Notes: generated from the letters alone by a model not told the origin. A stretch of 64,000 bases of DNA from Phyllobacteriaceae bacterium (GCA_043744175.1 JAYTVD010000126.1:1136-65135); one strand, 5' to 3'. Counted from the stretch's first letter, positions 44,980 through 56,167 are shown. Program-made: numbers and translations.

Positions 44980-45849
44980 TTACTTATAAACGGGTCCGCT
45001 GCAGCAGTTGCCACCAGATGAACCACCGAACTGATAACGAAGACCGACGCGGACTTCGTGGATGTTGATACCCTTGTCACGGCCCATCACGCCTGTATCG
45101 TCAACATGGTTTACAAGACCTTTGTAGCGGAACATGTCGCCACCGTTTACGTGGGTCCATGAATAGCCAGCATCAAGTTTCAAGTTTGAAGAGATGTCGT
45201 ATGAAGCACCGGCATGCAAAGCGTAGGCAAAGCGCATACTGGAGATACCCTTGTGGGTATAGGCAACGGTTGGTACACAGACATTGCCAGTGGTCGCTGT
45301 ACATGTCGCTGTGTTGGTCAAATCACCCCATGAGACATGCGCACCGCCGATACCGGCACCAACATATGGTGTGAAACCGCTGTAATGGCCAAGATCCGCA
45401 TAGGCATTGGCAAGCAAAGTATAGACGGAAGCCGATGCAACATCAGATGATACACAACCAGCTGTGGTCGTTGCCGGACCACCACCTACTGGTGTTTCAT
45501 TACAGAAGCCGGATGTCGAACCGCGGAAAGCGGATTTGAAATGGTAGTTCAATGTCAAATCAGTACGGAAATAATCATTCACCTGATAACCGATACCGGC
45601 ACCGGCGGAGAAAGCGCCTTTGAGTTTCGCTGAGTTAAATGAAGCTGAACCTGTGAGAACATCGTAATCGACGCCCTTCGTGCTCAGCATTCCATAATCA
45701 ACATCGCCGCGAATATACCAGCCGCCTGCCTGCTCAAGCGGAATCACCTGCTCCGGCGCTTCGATAACTGGCGGCTCAATCAGATCAGCGGCAATGGCAG
45801 AACCGGTAAAGGAAATACCCAAAACGAGGGCGGATAAAAGTTTTTTCAT
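44980..45849 (-). CDS. Omp25/Omp31-family outer-membrane beta-barrel protein with C-terminal Gly/Ser/Cys extension
   Basis: MKKLLSALVLGISFTGSAIA signal peptide, GWYIRGDVDY, and VRVGLRYQF followed by GGSSGGNCCSGPVYK. Confidence 0.8.
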   Translation of the reverse strand: MKKLLSALVLGISFTGSAIAADLIEPPVIEAPEQVIPLEQAGGWYIRGDVDYGMLSTKGVDYDVLTGSASFNSAKLKGAFSAGAGIGYQVNDYFRTDLTLNYHFKSAFRGSTSGFCNETPVGGGPATTTAGCVSSDVASASVYTLLANAYADLGHYSGFTPYVGAGIGGAHVSWGDLTNTATCTATTGNVCVPTVAYTHKGISSMRFAYALHAGASYDISSNLKLDAGYSWTHVNGGDMFRYKGLVNHVDDTGVMGRDKGINIHEVRVGLRYQFGGSSGGNCCSGPVYK

Positions 45850-46038
45850 GACACGCAAATCCTGGAATTAGACGACCCGATAAAGGGCAAAGGTATCGCC
45901 TTGTTACACTCTCAGACATATTGCGCGGGAAAAGTTAAATAGGACTTAACCTTGTTGATTCACCAATATTATTATCAATTCTAACGAAAAATGGCACGCA
46001 TCTTACCCTGCGCGCCACCATAAATTAGGCCAATAAAC

Positions 46039-47391
46039 TCAAGCAGCTGATTTCAACGACTCTATCACCGCCACGATATCGTCCACCACCGTCTCAACCA
46101 GCACACTGTCATCGCCCTCCGCCATCACGCGGATAAGCGGCTCTGTGCCGGACGGGCGGATGAGCAGGCGGCCATTTTTGCCGAGCCTGTTCTCGCCCTC
46201 TTCAATGGCGCTTTTAACACCACTGTCTTCCAGCGGCTTGCCACCCTTAAAACGCACGTTCTTAAGGAACTGCGGTACGGGCTGGAAATTATTGCAGGCC
46301 ATGCTCACAGGCTTATCAAGCCGCTTCACGCAAGCCAGCACTTGCAGCGCCGATACCAAACCATCGCCGGTCGTTGCATAATCTGAAAGCACGATGTGGC
46401 CGGATTGTTCCCCGCCGACATTATAGCCATGCTCGCGCATATACTCCACCACATAGCGGTCGCCCACCTTGGTGCGGATAAGATCAAGGCCCTTGCCGTT
46501 CAAAAAGCGCTCAAAGCCGAGATTGGACATCACCGTCGCCACCACGCCCTTGCCCGCGAGACGGCCCGCATCCTGCCATTCAACGGCAATCGCCGCCATC
46601 AGCTGGTCGCCGTCGATCACATTTCCCTGCTCGTCCACAATCAACACGCGGTCAGCATCGCCATCGAGCGCAATGCCAATATCAGCGCGCACTTCGCGCA
46701 CTTTTTTCTGCAAGGAGAGCGGATGGGTTGAGCCACAGTCCTCGTTAATATTCGTGCCGTTGGGTTCATTGTGCAGCGTCACAACATCCGCACCAAGTTC
46801 CCACAGTACGGCAGGTGCCACCTTATAGGCCGCGCCATTGGCGCAATCGATGGCAATGCGCAAACCCGACAGCGACATGTCTTTAGGCATGGTGCGCTTG
46901 GCAAATTCAATGTAGCGGTCATAAACGCCATCGATACGCTTGGCGCGGCCAAGCTCGCCATTTTCGGCAAGCATCTTGCTCATATCCTCGTCAACGAGGC
47001 GTTCAATCGTTTTTTCAATTTCGTCAGAAAGCTTATAGCCATCCGGCCCGAACAGCTTAATACCATTGTCATTGTAAGGGTTGTGCGAGGCGGAGATCAT
47101 CACGCCCACATCAGCCCGCAACGAGCGCGTCAGCATCGCAACAGCGGGTGTTGGAATTGGTCCGAGCAGAAACACATCCATGCCCGCAGCGGTGAAGCCA
47201 GCCACCAGCGCGTTCTCAATCATATAGCCGGAAAGCCGCGTGTCCTTGCCGATAACCACGCGGTGCTTGTGATCGCCATTGCGGAATGCAACGCCAACAG
47301 CCATGCCCACTTTCATGGCAATATCAGGCGTCATCGGAAACCGGTTCGCGCGGCCACGAATGCCGTCAGTACCAAAATATTTTCTTGTCAT
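46039..47391 (-). CDS. glmM: phosphoglucosamine mutase
   Basis: FGTDGIRG and the active-site SASHNP motif. 450 aa. Confidence 0.95.
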   Translation of the reverse strand: MTRKYFGTDGIRGRANRFPMTPDIAMKVGMAVGVAFRNGDHKHRVVIGKDTRLSGYMIENALVAGFTAAGMDVFLLGPIPTPAVAMLTRSLRADVGVMISASHNPYNDNGIKLFGPDGYKLSDEIEKTIERLVDEDMSKMLAENGELGRAKRIDGVYDRYIEFAKRTMPKDMSLSGLRIAIDCANGAAYKVAPAVLWELGADVVTLHNEPNGTNINEDCGSTHPLSLQKKVREVRADIGIALDGDADRVLIVDEQGNVIDGDQLMAAIAVEWQDAGRLAGKGVVATVMSNLGFERFLNGKGLDLIRTKVGDRYVVEYMREHGYNVGGEQSGHIVLSDYATTGDGLVSALQVLACVKRLDKPVSMACNNFQPVPQFLKNVRFKGGKPLEDSGVKSAIEEGENRLGKNGRLLIRPSGTEPLIRVMAEGDDSVLVETVVDDIVAVIESLKSAA

Positions 47392-47553
47392 TTACCGATA
47401 ACCCCGTCGATCCAGAATATAGACGCCCCAAAACGATAGTGCCATAAACTGAGGCATCCAACGCGTCACAAAATGTAATAGTCCCTTAACAAAGCATCAA
47501 ATCTGCTAATATTGTCTTAAGTTTGAGATAAATTGCACCTAATAGTATTTGCT

Positions 47554-47586
47554 ACAAAAAAATACCCGCATAACATGCGGGTATTT
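47554..47586 (-). terminator. rho-independent terminator downstream of ftsH
   Basis: On the minus strand, ATACCCGCA-loop-TGCGGGTAT is followed by TTTTTTTG. Confidence 0.75.
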
Positions 47587-47622
47587 TCAATTGCACCAAA
47601 TGCGCCGGCAAGGCGAATTTTC

Positions 47623-49560
47623 CTAGCTTTGGAGTTTTGGCTCCATACCGGGCTCTTCGCCACCCTTGCGCGGCTTGGCCTTACCGGCTCCAGCCTTGGG
47701 TACTGTGGAGCTACGCGCAGGCGCACTGCCTTCATCATCATCGCGCTTTGGCTGAATGCCCTCAAGCATTCCACGAAGCTCATCGCCAGTCAGCGTTTCA
47801 TATTCAAGCAAGGCTTCCGCAATCATCACGAATTGCTTCTTGTTCTTGGTAATCAGGCGGCGGGCTTCGCTCTCGCCCTTTTCAATGAGCAAGCGCACTT
47901 CCTCATCAATCAGCTTAGCGGTCTCATCCGACATGTTGGTCGATTGCGATACCGAATGGCCGAGGAACACTTCCTGATCGTTGGCACGATAGCGCACACG
48001 GCCAAGCTTTTCCGACATGCCCCATTCCATAACCATTGAGCGGGCAAGGCTGGTCGCCATCTGAATATCGCCGCTGGCACCGGTCGTAACTTTATCTGCA
48101 CCGAAGGTAATAATTTCTGCTTCACGCCCGCCAAACAACATGATGAGACGGGAAATCGCCTTCTCATATGTGAGGTTATAGCGGTCAGATTCAGGCAGCG
48201 TCATCACCATGCCCAACGCACGGCCACGGGGAATAATCGTCGCTTTGTGGATCGGGTCGATGGTCTTGTTCAAAAGCAGCGCAATAATCGCATGGCCCGC
48301 TTCGTGATAGGCGGTATTCTTTTTCTCATCCGCCGTCATGGCAAGAGATTTGCGCTCAGCGCCCATCATCACCTTGTCTTTGGCATCTTCAAATTCGCTC
48401 ATCGTCACCAAGCGGCGGTTACGACGCGCAGCCAAGAGTGCAGCTTCGTTCACAAGGTTCATCAAATCCGCACCGGAGAAACCGGGCGTGCCACGAGCAA
48501 TAATTTTCAAATCCACATTGGGCGCAACCAAAACATTGCGCACATGCACTTTCAAAATCTTCTCGCGGCCATTCACATCCGGATTGGACACAACAACCTG
48601 ACGGTCAAAACGACCTGGACGAAGAAGCGCAGGGTCCAGCACATCCGGACGGTTAGTCGCGGCAATCAAGATAATGCCTTCATTGGCTTCAAAGCCGTCC
48701 ATTTCGACCAGCAACTGGTTGAGCGTCTGTTCGCGCTCATCATTGCCGCCACCAACACCCGCGCCGCGATGGCGACCGACAGCATCAATTTCGTCGATAA
48801 AGATGATGCATGGCGCATTTTTCTTCGCTTGCTCAAACATATCGCGCACACGGCTCGCGCCAACGCCAACGAACATTTCCACAAAGTCGGAACCAGAAAT
48901 CGTAAAGAACGGCACACCAGCTTCGCCCGCAACGGCACGAGCAATCAAAGTCTTACCAGTGCCGGGAGGGCCAACGAGCAGAACGCCGCGCGGAATCTTC
49001 GCGCCAAGCTTTTGAAACTTCGCTGGCTCACGCAAAAATTCAACGATTTCTTCCAAGTCTGTCTTGGCCTCGTCAACACCTGCCACATCGGCAAATGTCA
49101 CCTTGCCATGCGCTTCGGTGAGCAGCTTAGCCTTGGACTTGCCAAAGCTCATCGCTCCGCGCCCGCCACCCTGCATCTGGCGCATGAAGAAAATCCAGAC
49201 GCCAAGAATAATGACCATTGGCAGCCATGAGATCAAAAGACCAATAAGCGAGTTAGAGCCATCCGAAAGCGGATGCGCAGAAATAACAACATTCTTGGCT
49301 TCCAAACGCTTCACGAGATCAGCATCGCCGGGCGAATAGGTCGAAAAGCTGGCGTTATTATCGTTGTAAGTGCCGATAATCCGGTCACCGGCAATTTCAA
49401 CTTTCTTGACCTTGCCCGCATCCACATCATCAAGGAACTTCGAATATTCAATATCCGCCGTCGCGACATGCTGCGTCGGGCTTTGGAACAGGTTGAACAA
49501 TGCCACCAGCAAGAGCGCAATAATCGCCCAAAGCGCAAAATTTCTGTAATTCGGGTTCAT
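47623..49560 (-). CDS. ftsH: ATP-dependent zinc metalloprotease FtsH
   Basis: Start set at [17 protein letters not shown]. Walker [12 protein letters not shown] second region of homology, and Zn site HEAGHA. Confidence 0.95.
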   Translation of the reverse strand: MNPNYRNFALWAIIALLLVALFNLFQSPTQHVATADIEYSKFLDDVDAGKVKKVEIAGDRIIGTYNDNNASFSTYSPGDADLVKRLEAKNVVISAHPLSDGSNSLIGLLISWLPMVIILGVWIFFMRQMQGGGRGAMSFGKSKAKLLTEAHGKVTFADVAGVDEAKTDLEEIVEFLREPAKFQKLGAKIPRGVLLVGPPGTGKTLIARAVAGEAGVPFFTISGSDFVEMFVGVGASRVRDMFEQAKKNAPCIIFIDEIDAVGRHRGAGVGGGNDEREQTLNQLLVEMDGFEANEGIILIAATNRPDVLDPALLRPGRFDRQVVVSNPDVNGREKILKVHVRNVLVAPNVDLKIIARGTPGFSGADLMNLVNEAALLAARRNRRLVTMSEFEDAKDKVMMGAERKSLAMTADEKKNTAYHEAGHAIIALLLNKTIDPIHKATIIPRGRALGMVMTLPESDRYNLTYEKAISRLIMLFGGREAEIITFGADKVTTGASGDIQMATSLARSMVMEWGMSEKLGRVRYRANDQEVFLGHSVSQSTNMSDETAKLIDEEVRLLIEKGESEARRLITKNKKQFVMIAEALLEYETLTGDELRGMLEGIQPKRDDDEGSAPARSSTVPKAGAGKAKPRKGGEEPGMEPKLQS

Positions 49561-49662
49561 GCCTGTATCCAGTCTAAAAAAGTACCCAGCCAGATGGCTC
49601 AAGAGTTGAGTGTAAGATAGGTGCGAATAACGGCGTTGCCAAGGCTTGCGCAGCCACCTGCG

Positions 49663-51108
49663 TCAATTCTTGTCATCAAAGTGAATCGGAGCTTCAGGCA
49701 AAGCGGGAAGACCTGCCATTTTTGTCAGAGCCAACGCCATTTCAAGGTCAAACAACGGCACCAAATCCGGCCATGGGTTGAGAAGGCGGCGAACTGAGGG
49801 CGCTGATTCTAGCATGGGATGAGTGGCGCGTGCGTGAGCGAGGAGTGAGGGAGGAGTGAGCGCAGCCACCATCACCCCGTCATTCCGGGGCCGCGTAGCG
49901 GAACCCGGAATCCAGAGCGCCGTGCCCGAAGATGAGGTAAACAGGGAGCTTGCCTTATGGACGTTAACAGCTCCAACCTTTTCATCACTATTTTCACCGC
50001 CAGAGCTCTGGATTCCGGGTTCGGCTTTGCCGCCCCGGAATGACGGCCCTGTGGGGGCTGTCGCCACTTCCCGATAAAACCCGTCAAACGCCGCCCGCTT
50101 TGCTGCCTCCAAAACCTCACGCTTTTCCCGCAGCAAATACACACCGTCCTTTCGGACATCAATCAAAGCCCCGCTGGCGGTCAGTCGTAGCGGCACCTTG
50201 CGCGTTCCTGCCTTGAAGTCAGCCAGCCCTTGCAAGATGGCGTCAGCGCTAGATGGTTCTGCCATCCAGCCTGCGCCACCAGCAAAGGCAATCAGCGCCG
50301 TCAGCGCGTGAACAGCCAATGGCTCGTCGCCAATTTCGGACGCAACAAAAACCAGCCCCGGCGTGACTTCCTGCGCAAACCGCTCAATCAACCTGGCCCC
50401 GTTTTGACTTGCCCCGTTTCGCCGGGCCGCGGCCTCGCCTTGCACCCGCGCCAGCATCGTCTCATCCAGCGCAGTTTGCCGCACCGCCACCCGCTCATAT
50501 TTCTCATTGGTGTTTGAAGGGTCGTCGATCCAACCAATGCAGCGACCCTTAAGATAATCGCGCAAGGCAGACCGCCGTACATGCAACAATGGCCGCGCAA
50601 ACCAAACAGGTTCGCCACCGTTCAAATCATTAAATGCTAATGTACAAGGCGAGATTCCCGCCAGCCCGGCATTGGCCGTCGAGCCATCTCGTGCCATCCG
50701 CATCGCCACTGTTTCAATCTGGTCGTCAAACGTGTGACCCGTCAAAACCAACGTCGCACCTGATCTCGCCGCGGCCTCGCTTAGCAATGCGTACCGCGCA
50801 TTTCGCGCCGCCGATTGCACGCCAGTCTCCGGTTTTGATCCCGACCAGCCGCTCGTTACATGTTCGATGCCATTCCGGGCGCACAGCGCACTCACTTCGT
50901 GCGCTTCGCGACCGCTTTCCGGGCGCAGTCCGTGGTCGATTGTAATAGCAATAATGCGCGGCGCGATGGACAGCGTTTTGAAATAGTCTTGCAGCAAAAA
51001 TAGCAGCGCCGTGGAATCACTTCCGCCCGAAATGGCAACCGCAACGGTTTTCATTTCGCCAAAATCAAAGCCGCCAAAAATCTCATCCAGCGGCAATTGC
51101 ATCGTCAA
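49663..51108 (-). CDS. tilS: tRNA(Ile)-lysidine synthetase carrying an in-frame palindromic insertion
   Basis: PP-loop VAISGGSDSTALL. 481 aa, including about 57 codons contributed by the element at 49877..50046. Confidence 0.85.
   Translation of the reverse strand: MTMQLPLDEIFGGFDFGEMKTVAVAISGGSDSTALLFLLQDYFKTLSIAPRIIAITIDHGLRPESGREAHEVSALCARNGIEHVTSGWSGSKPETGVQSAARNARYALLSEAAARSGATLVLTGHTFDDQIETVAMRMARDGSTANAGLAGISPCTLAFNDLNGGEPVWFARPLLHVRRSALRDYLKGRCIGWIDDPSNTNEKYERVAVRQTALDETMLARVQGEAAARRNGASQNGARLIERFAQEVTPGLVFVASEIGDEPLAVHALTALIAFAGGAGWMAEPSSADAILQGLADFKAGTRKVPLRLTASGALIDVRKDGVYLLREKREVLEAAKRAAFDGFYREVATAPTGPSFRGGKAEPGIQSSGGENSDEKVGAVNVHKASSLFTSSSGTALWIPGSATRPRNDGVMVAALTPPSLLAHARATHPMLESAPSVRRLLNPWPDLVPLFDLEMALALTKMAGLPALPEAPIHFDDKN
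49877..50046. mobile_element. palindromic (MITE/RPE-like) element of about 171 nt inside the tilS reading frame
   Basis: Outer arms CCGTCATTCCGGGG / CCCCGGAATGACGG and inner arms GAACCCGGAATCCAGAGC / GCTCTGGATTCCGGGTTC are exact reverse complements. The tilS frame stays open across it. Confidence 0.75.
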
Positions 51109-51111
51109 ACA

Positions 51112-52080
51112 TCAGCAACCGGCGTTGCGTTGCTCGGCAGAAACACGGTCCAAAAGCGCCGCGCTTGCCTTCGGATATTTCTTCACAACCTGCGCAAAGG
51201 TAGCGCAAGCCACATCCTTATTATCCAGCGCCGCGAGCGAAACACCAAGTTTCAACAGCATATCAGGTGCCTTCTTTGATTTCGGAAAGTCCTTCTGCGC
51301 CGCCAACAAAACTTCGGCCGCCTCGCGGTGCCGATCTTGCGCCGCCAAAGATTCGCCTAGCCAATAGCGGGCATCTGCCGTCTGCGGGTCAGTCGGATAT
51401 TGTTCAATATGCTGACGGAACGCCTTTTCCGCTTCCGGATATTCCCCTGCTAAAACATGGTCATAGGCAGTTTTATACAACTCTTTAGGATCACTGGCAT
51501 CGCCCAGTGTTGCCGTGTCAGTGCCGTCCGCCGGAGCTAGCTCGGCACTACTTGCAACAGGATCTCCATTGGCATCAAATGTTACGGTCCCCAAATCTTT
51601 CGGGCCCTTGCCATTCTTTGTGGCCACTTCGGGAGCATCCGCATTTTGGTCATTGGTAATCGCATCACCAACCGGATCAGCGGGTGCCGCATCTGCCGGA
51701 GCAGTCGCAACATCAGTATTGCTCGGCTTTTGCTTCACACTTCCCTGCTTGGATTTTTCCAATTCCTGAAAGCGGAATTCATTGTCTTCCTGCATCTTGC
51801 GCACTTGTTCCTGCATTTGCAGGATCTGGAAGTTCAGCTCTTCCACTTTGCCACTTAGCAAGCGAATTTGCTCTTCAAGCTGCTGCGAATCCGCATTTTG
51901 TGCAACAAGAACAGGTACTTGCGTACCCACTGCGCGCTGTGGAACGGGCACAAATTTATCGCCCGTCACCTCAACACCAAACCCAGGAACGCGGGCAGAA
52001 TTATCAACTCCGCTCGCCACAACCCCGGCTGCGCTACTCAAAAGCAGCGCTGTTGCCGCCAAAACTGTCTTCAAACGCAT
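51112..52080 (-). CDS. cpoB: cell-division coordinator CpoB (YbgF), coiled-coil plus TPR
   Basis: Signal peptide, coiled coil (QLEEQIRLLSGKVEELNFQILQMQEQVRKMQEDNEFRFQELE) and C-terminal TPR repeats. Lies downstream of pal. Confidence 0.85.
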   Translation of the reverse strand: MRLKTVLAATALLLSSAAGVVASGVDNSARVPGFGVEVTGDKFVPVPQRAVGTQVPVLVAQNADSQQLEEQIRLLSGKVEELNFQILQMQEQVRKMQEDNEFRFQELEKSKQGSVKQKPSNTDVATAPADAAPADPVGDAITNDQNADAPEVATKNGKGPKDLGTVTFDANGDPVASSAELAPADGTDTATLGDASDPKELYKTAYDHVLAGEYPEAEKAFRQHIEQYPTDPQTADARYWLGESLAAQDRHREAAEVLLAAQKDFPKSKKAPDMLLKLGVSLAALDNKDVACATFAQVVKKYPKASAALLDRVSAEQRNAGC

Positions 52081-52236
52081 GTGATTATCCTAACTTCCCC
52101 AAGCTGCCACGTCGGCATCCCTAACTCATTCCTTTTGAGGACTAAACTAACAATTCGTCCAAATTTGGATGAGTTTACAACAGAAAAGGCGGCCCTTGCA
52201 GACCGCCTCCAATATTTTTGCTTTAGTTCTCTATAG

Positions 52237-52752
52237 TTAAGAACCAGCGCCGCCAAGAACAGTTACCGCACGGCGGTTTTGGCTCCAGCAGGAGATATCG
52301 TCACAAACCGCAACAGGACGTTCCTTACCATAGGAAATAGTCTTCATACGGCCAGCCGGCACGCCATTGGATGCCAAGAAGTCGCGTGTTGTCGCAGCGC
52401 GACGTGCGCCAAGCGCAATGTTATATTCGCGTGTGCCGCGCTCATCGGCGTGGCCTTCAACAGTGATGGCATAGTTAGGATATTGCTGCAGCCACTGTGC
52501 CTGCTTGGCCAGTGTTGCCTGCGCATCAGCGCGAATTACGGAAGAATCTGTATCAAAGAAGATACGATCGCCAACATTTACCGTGAAATCCTGTGTGGAA
52601 CCGGGCGCGCCGCCAGCACCATTAGCGCCGTTTAGGCCAAGGTCACCGGCATTGTTTGGCAGGTTCTTCTTTGTGGCACAGCCGGATACGGCGAGAATGG
52701 CGACCAGCGCGATGGCAATCGGGCTACGGGTCATGGATGCAAAACGGCTCAT
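52237..52752 (-). CDS. pal: peptidoglycan-associated lipoprotein Pal (OmpA-like domain)
   Basis: Lipobox LAVSGC. OmpA-like motifs FDTDSSVIR and EGHADERGTREYNIALGARRA. Confidence 0.9.
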   Translation of the reverse strand: MSRFASMTRSPIAIALVAILAVSGCATKKNLPNNAGDLGLNGANGAGGAPGSTQDFTVNVGDRIFFDTDSSVIRADAQATLAKQAQWLQQYPNYAITVEGHADERGTREYNIALGARRAATTRDFLASNGVPAGRMKTISYGKERPVAVCDDISCWSQNRRAVTVLGGAGS

Positions 52753-52960
52753 GCCGGTACTCCTTGCAATTTATATGTTTCGTTGGTCTTTTAGTAACCA
52801 CATCGGGGTTAACCCAGCGCCAACAAACATAGTTAATGGTTTCTGAATGCACGTTTAGAGCATTTTCCAGTTTGATGGAACATCAAACGCTTAAGAAGAA
52901 TGCGGCAATCTCAAGCGCCCCTTGACCTTGGAATAAGGCCAAAAGGCGGCAAACAGATTG

Positions 52961-54268
52961 TTACTCAAGAATTGGCGACCATGCAGGGTCGGAAGCACCA
53001 CCCGGCGTTTTGATTTGCTGCTCATTATAGCCGGTCAAATCAATCGAATATATGCCCGGCTCGCCGCCCTGATTTGTACGATAAAACGCCAACACGCGGC
53101 CATTTGGTGCCCATGTCGGACCTTCCATTAGGTAGCCGGTCGTCAACAGACGCTCGCCCGAACCATCCGGCTTCATAACGCCAATAGAGAACTGCCCGCC
53201 AGATTGCTTAGTAAAAGCAATATAATCCCCGCGTGGCGACCAGACTGGCGTGGAATAAGAGCCATCACCGAATGAAATGCGTTGCGGCTCGGAACCACCG
53301 GCGCTCATCAGATAAATCTGCTGCTTGCCACCACGGTCTGATTCAAACGTAATCTGACTGCCGTCCGGCGAATAAGAGGCAGATGTATCAATCGCAGCAG
53401 AATTCGTCAGGCGCGTCACGCTGCGGCTGCGCAAATCCATTGTATAGAGATTTGCCGAACCATTGTCCTGCAGCAGGCTCAAGATAACCTTCTGGCCATC
53501 CGGCGAGAAGCGCGGCGCGATGGTAATGCCGGGGAAATTACCCACCTTTTCGCGCTGCCCGGTTTCAAGCTGCAACAGATAAATCGAAGGCACATCGCCA
53601 TCGAAAGACATGTAGGTCACTTCTTGATGGTTAGGTGAAAAGCGCGGCGTCAGCACCAAATCCTTGCCAGATGTCAGTGCACGAACATTAGCGCCGTCCT
53701 GATCCATAATCGCCAGTTTTTTGATGCGCTTTGTCTTCGGGCCGGATTCTGAGACAAACACAATACGCGTGTCAAAATAGCCATCTTCACCGGTGAGGCG
53801 CTTATAAATCGCATCAGCAATCATATGCGCAATGCGGCGCTGGTTGCTGGCATCAGCAACAAACTGTTGGCCTTCCAACTGCTCGCCGGCAAACGTATCC
53901 CATAGCCGAAATTCCGCGTGGATCTTGCCGCCATCATTGGAAACTTTGCCGGTTACCAAGGCTTGCGCATTAATAACCTTCCAATCATCAAAGCGCGGCG
54001 CAACGTCCGGATTGGTGATCTTTTCGATGAAAGCACCCTTGTCAATCGGCGCAAACAAGCCTGAGCGCTTCAAATCGGCGGCAACTATGCTGGAGATTTG
54101 CGGACCAAGCTCGCCGGAGAGAAAGTCCGTGATCGCGATGGGCAAAGGCTCTGCATTGGGCTTATCCAACCGCAACTCAACAAGAGCAAACGCCGGACTT
54201 GCCATCACACCAATCGCAGCGGTGATTGCAAAAATCGCCATTGCGACATTTTTCATCAGTCTATTCAT
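52961..54268 (-). CDS. tolB: Tol-Pal system beta-propeller protein TolB
   Basis: Start set at [10 protein letters not shown] after GGAGAGG. Repeated P-x-(F/W)-SPDG propeller motifs. Confidence 0.9.
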   Translation of the reverse strand: MNRLMKNVAMAIFAITAAIGVMASPAFALVELRLDKPNAEPLPIAITDFLSGELGPQISSIVAADLKRSGLFAPIDKGAFIEKITNPDVAPRFDDWKVINAQALVTGKVSNDGGKIHAEFRLWDTFAGEQLEGQQFVADASNQRRIAHMIADAIYKRLTGEDGYFDTRIVFVSESGPKTKRIKKLAIMDQDGANVRALTSGKDLVLTPRFSPNHQEVTYMSFDGDVPSIYLLQLETGQREKVGNFPGITIAPRFSPDGQKVILSLLQDNGSANLYTMDLRSRSVTRLTNSAAIDTSASYSPDGSQITFESDRGGKQQIYLMSAGGSEPQRISFGDGSYSTPVWSPRGDYIAFTKQSGGQFSIGVMKPDGSGERLLTTGYLMEGPTWAPNGRVLAFYRTNQGGEPGIYSIDLTGYNEQQIKTPGGASDPAWSPILE

Positions 54269-54361
54269 ATACTTGGACCTCTCCATATACCTGACCAATC
54301 AAGGTCACTTTAGTCTCGTTCATTTCAATTCATTCAGACAAATCTATGTCTGGTGTTCCGG

Positions 54362-55678
54362 TCATTGATTTAAGTCGGCTAGATCAAAGCTGACTTCCAC
54401 TTCAGACCAGGTATCATATTTATCCGCCGGCAAATCATAAGGCTGGCATTTCATAACCGCACGGCGCAGCGCTTCGGCAGCAGCAACTTCCGCACCTGAT
54501 CCCCCTCCATTGGAGGTGATTTTAGCACTGCCATCCACCTCACCGGCTTGGTTCAAATTAAACTTCACCTTCACGACGGACGAACCCACATCGTTAATGC
54601 CGGGGGTGGAGCTAAAGCAGCTCTGAATTTTCCCGCGCAGCGCGTCCATTTCGCTCAGTGAAAGCTTAGACCCGCCAGTGGTTTTCTTACCGCCAAGTGC
54701 GGCCTGATCGGTTGATCTCTTTGCTCCACCCGTCGCGCCCGTATCCTTATTGAGAAGCGCCTTGGCGATATCATCGTTCAGCTTGTTTTCTTCAGCTTTT
54801 GCTGTAGCGGCGGCCTTCTTGGCCTCAGCCTTCGCCAATTTTGCAGCAGCGGCTTTCTCAGCCTTGGCTTCCGCATCAGCTGCAGCTTTGGCTTCAGCAG
54901 CGGCAGCATCTTTTGCCGCTTTTGCCTCTGCCGCAGCGGAGTCTTTTGCCGCTTTCGCGTCTTCCGCAGCCTTGGCTTCTTCGGCAGCTTTTGCGTCCGC
55001 CGCGGCCTTGGCTTCTGCCTTTGCATCGGCCTTAGCCTTATCCGCCTCAGCTTTGGCGGCCTTATCAGCGGCAGCTTTTTCTTCCAGCGCCTTGGTATCA
55101 ACTTCAGCCTTCAGCAATGCTTCCGCTTCTAACTTAGCCGCGGCTTCCGCTTTAGCATCAGCCTTTGCAGCCTCAGCCTTCGCAGCAGCGTCAGCGGCTT
55201 TCGCTTCTGCAGCCTTTGCAGCCTTGGCCTCAGCCGCCTTCGCTTCCTCAGCTTTTGCATCCGCCTTGGCCGCTGCCTGTTCTTTGGCGATAGCATCGGC
55301 AACCGGATCAACCTTCGGTTCTTCCGGCTTGGTCTCTTCAGGCTTAACTACTGGCTTATCCTGCGGCTTTGGTGGCGCGGCTGTTTCCACCGGCTTTGGT
55401 TTATCGGCAGGTTTTGGCGGTGTGGGCAAATCTGTTTCATTATCGCCAACATTCTTGGCGTCCGGCTGCGTTTGAGGTTTGGTCGTCGGTTTCGGCGCGG
55501 ACTTTTCGGCCTTTGGTGCTTTTTGATCGCCCTGCTGAATTTGGGTTTCTTCCGTAATCATCGTCACGGCCACAGTTTCCCCGCCCGTTTCGAGCTTTTT
55601 GGTCGAAGACAGTGACACCAAACCCAGAATTAACAGGATGATGTGGATAATCGTGGATGAGGCGACCGGACCCTTCAT
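54362..55678 (-). CDS. tolA: TolA-like protein (TM anchor, long Ala/Lys/Glu helical domain, TonB-C-like domain)
   Basis: N-terminal TM helix IIHIILLILGLVSL. A low-complexity stretch of about 230 aa is rich in KAEAKAAADAKAAEE. Positioned between tolR and tolB. Confidence 0.8.
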   Translation of the reverse strand: MKGPVASSTIIHIILLILGLVSLSSTKKLETGGETVAVTMITEETQIQQGDQKAPKAEKSAPKPTTKPQTQPDAKNVGDNETDLPTPPKPADKPKPVETAAPPKPQDKPVVKPEETKPEEPKVDPVADAIAKEQAAAKADAKAEEAKAAEAKAAKAAEAKAADAAAKAEAAKADAKAEAAAKLEAEALLKAEVDTKALEEKAAADKAAKAEADKAKADAKAEAKAAADAKAAEEAKAAEDAKAAKDSAAAEAKAAKDAAAAEAKAAADAEAKAEKAAAAKLAKAEAKKAAATAKAEENKLNDDIAKALLNKDTGATGGAKRSTDQAALGGKKTTGGSKLSLSEMDALRGKIQSCFSSTPGINDVGSSVVKVKFNLNQAGEVDGSAKITSNGGGSGAEVAAAEALRRAVMKCQPYDLPADKYDTWSEVEVSFDLADLNQ

Positions 55679-55684
55679 TGGCGC

Positions 55685-56137
55685 TTAGCCGCCCTGTTCC
55701 GGCAGGCTCACAAGCCCAAGATTTTTATATCCCGACGAGGAAATCTTCGCCATCACCTTGGCAACCGTGCCATAGTCAGCGTCCTTGTCGCCGCGAATAA
55801 AGATACGCTCTTCATAGCCTTGGGTGGCGATGGCTTTCAACTTGGGTTCCAAATCTTCAAGCGTAATCGGCGTTTCTTGAATGAAAATTTCACCCGTCGC
55901 ATTAATCGAAACGGTAATAGGCTGCGTATCAACATTCAAAGATTTCGCCTGCGTATCCGGCAAGGTTACCGGCACGCCAACCGTCATAAGCGGTGCTGCG
56001 ACCATAAAAATTATCAAGAGTACAAGCATCACATCCACCATAGGTGTCACGTTGATTTCGCTCATCACGCCGCCACGACCGCGGCCGCGCCGCCGGCCTT
56101 TTCTGCCTTGATTACCGCCTGCCGATGACATGCCCAT
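55685..56137 (-). CDS. tolR: TolR (ExbD family)
   Basis: INVTPMVDVMLVLLIIFMV is the ExbD/TolR signature helix. Confidence 0.9.
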   Translation of the reverse strand: MGMSSAGGNQGRKGRRRGRGRGGVMSEINVTPMVDVMLVLLIIFMVAAPLMTVGVPVTLPDTQAKSLNVDTQPITVSINATGEIFIQETPITLEDLEPKLKAIATQGYEERIFIRGDKDADYGTVAKVMAKISSSGYKNLGLVSLPEQGG

Positions 56138-56167
56138 GCGTTTAGTCCTTCACTCGTGTCGTTAGAC

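Noticed and set aside
46771-47439. 222-aa plus-strand ORF
   Set aside because: Antisense to glmM.
48247-49230. 327-aa plus-strand ORF
   Set aside because: Antisense to ftsH.
54780-55330. Highly repetitive DNA that could be mistaken for a CRISPR-like or tandem-repeat array
   Set aside because: The periodicity is codon-level (GCx/AAR/GAR) low complexity inside the tolA reading frame. It is not repeat-spacer architecture, and no cas genes are present.
54750-55475. 241-aa Ala/Ser/Phe-rich plus-strand ORF and several Arg/Lys/Pro-rich ORFs in the same interval
   Set aside because: These are mirror and offset frames of the low-complexity Ala/Lys/Glu region of tolA. The tolA frame has the TM anchor and C-terminal domain and fits the tolQ-tolR-tolA-tolB order.
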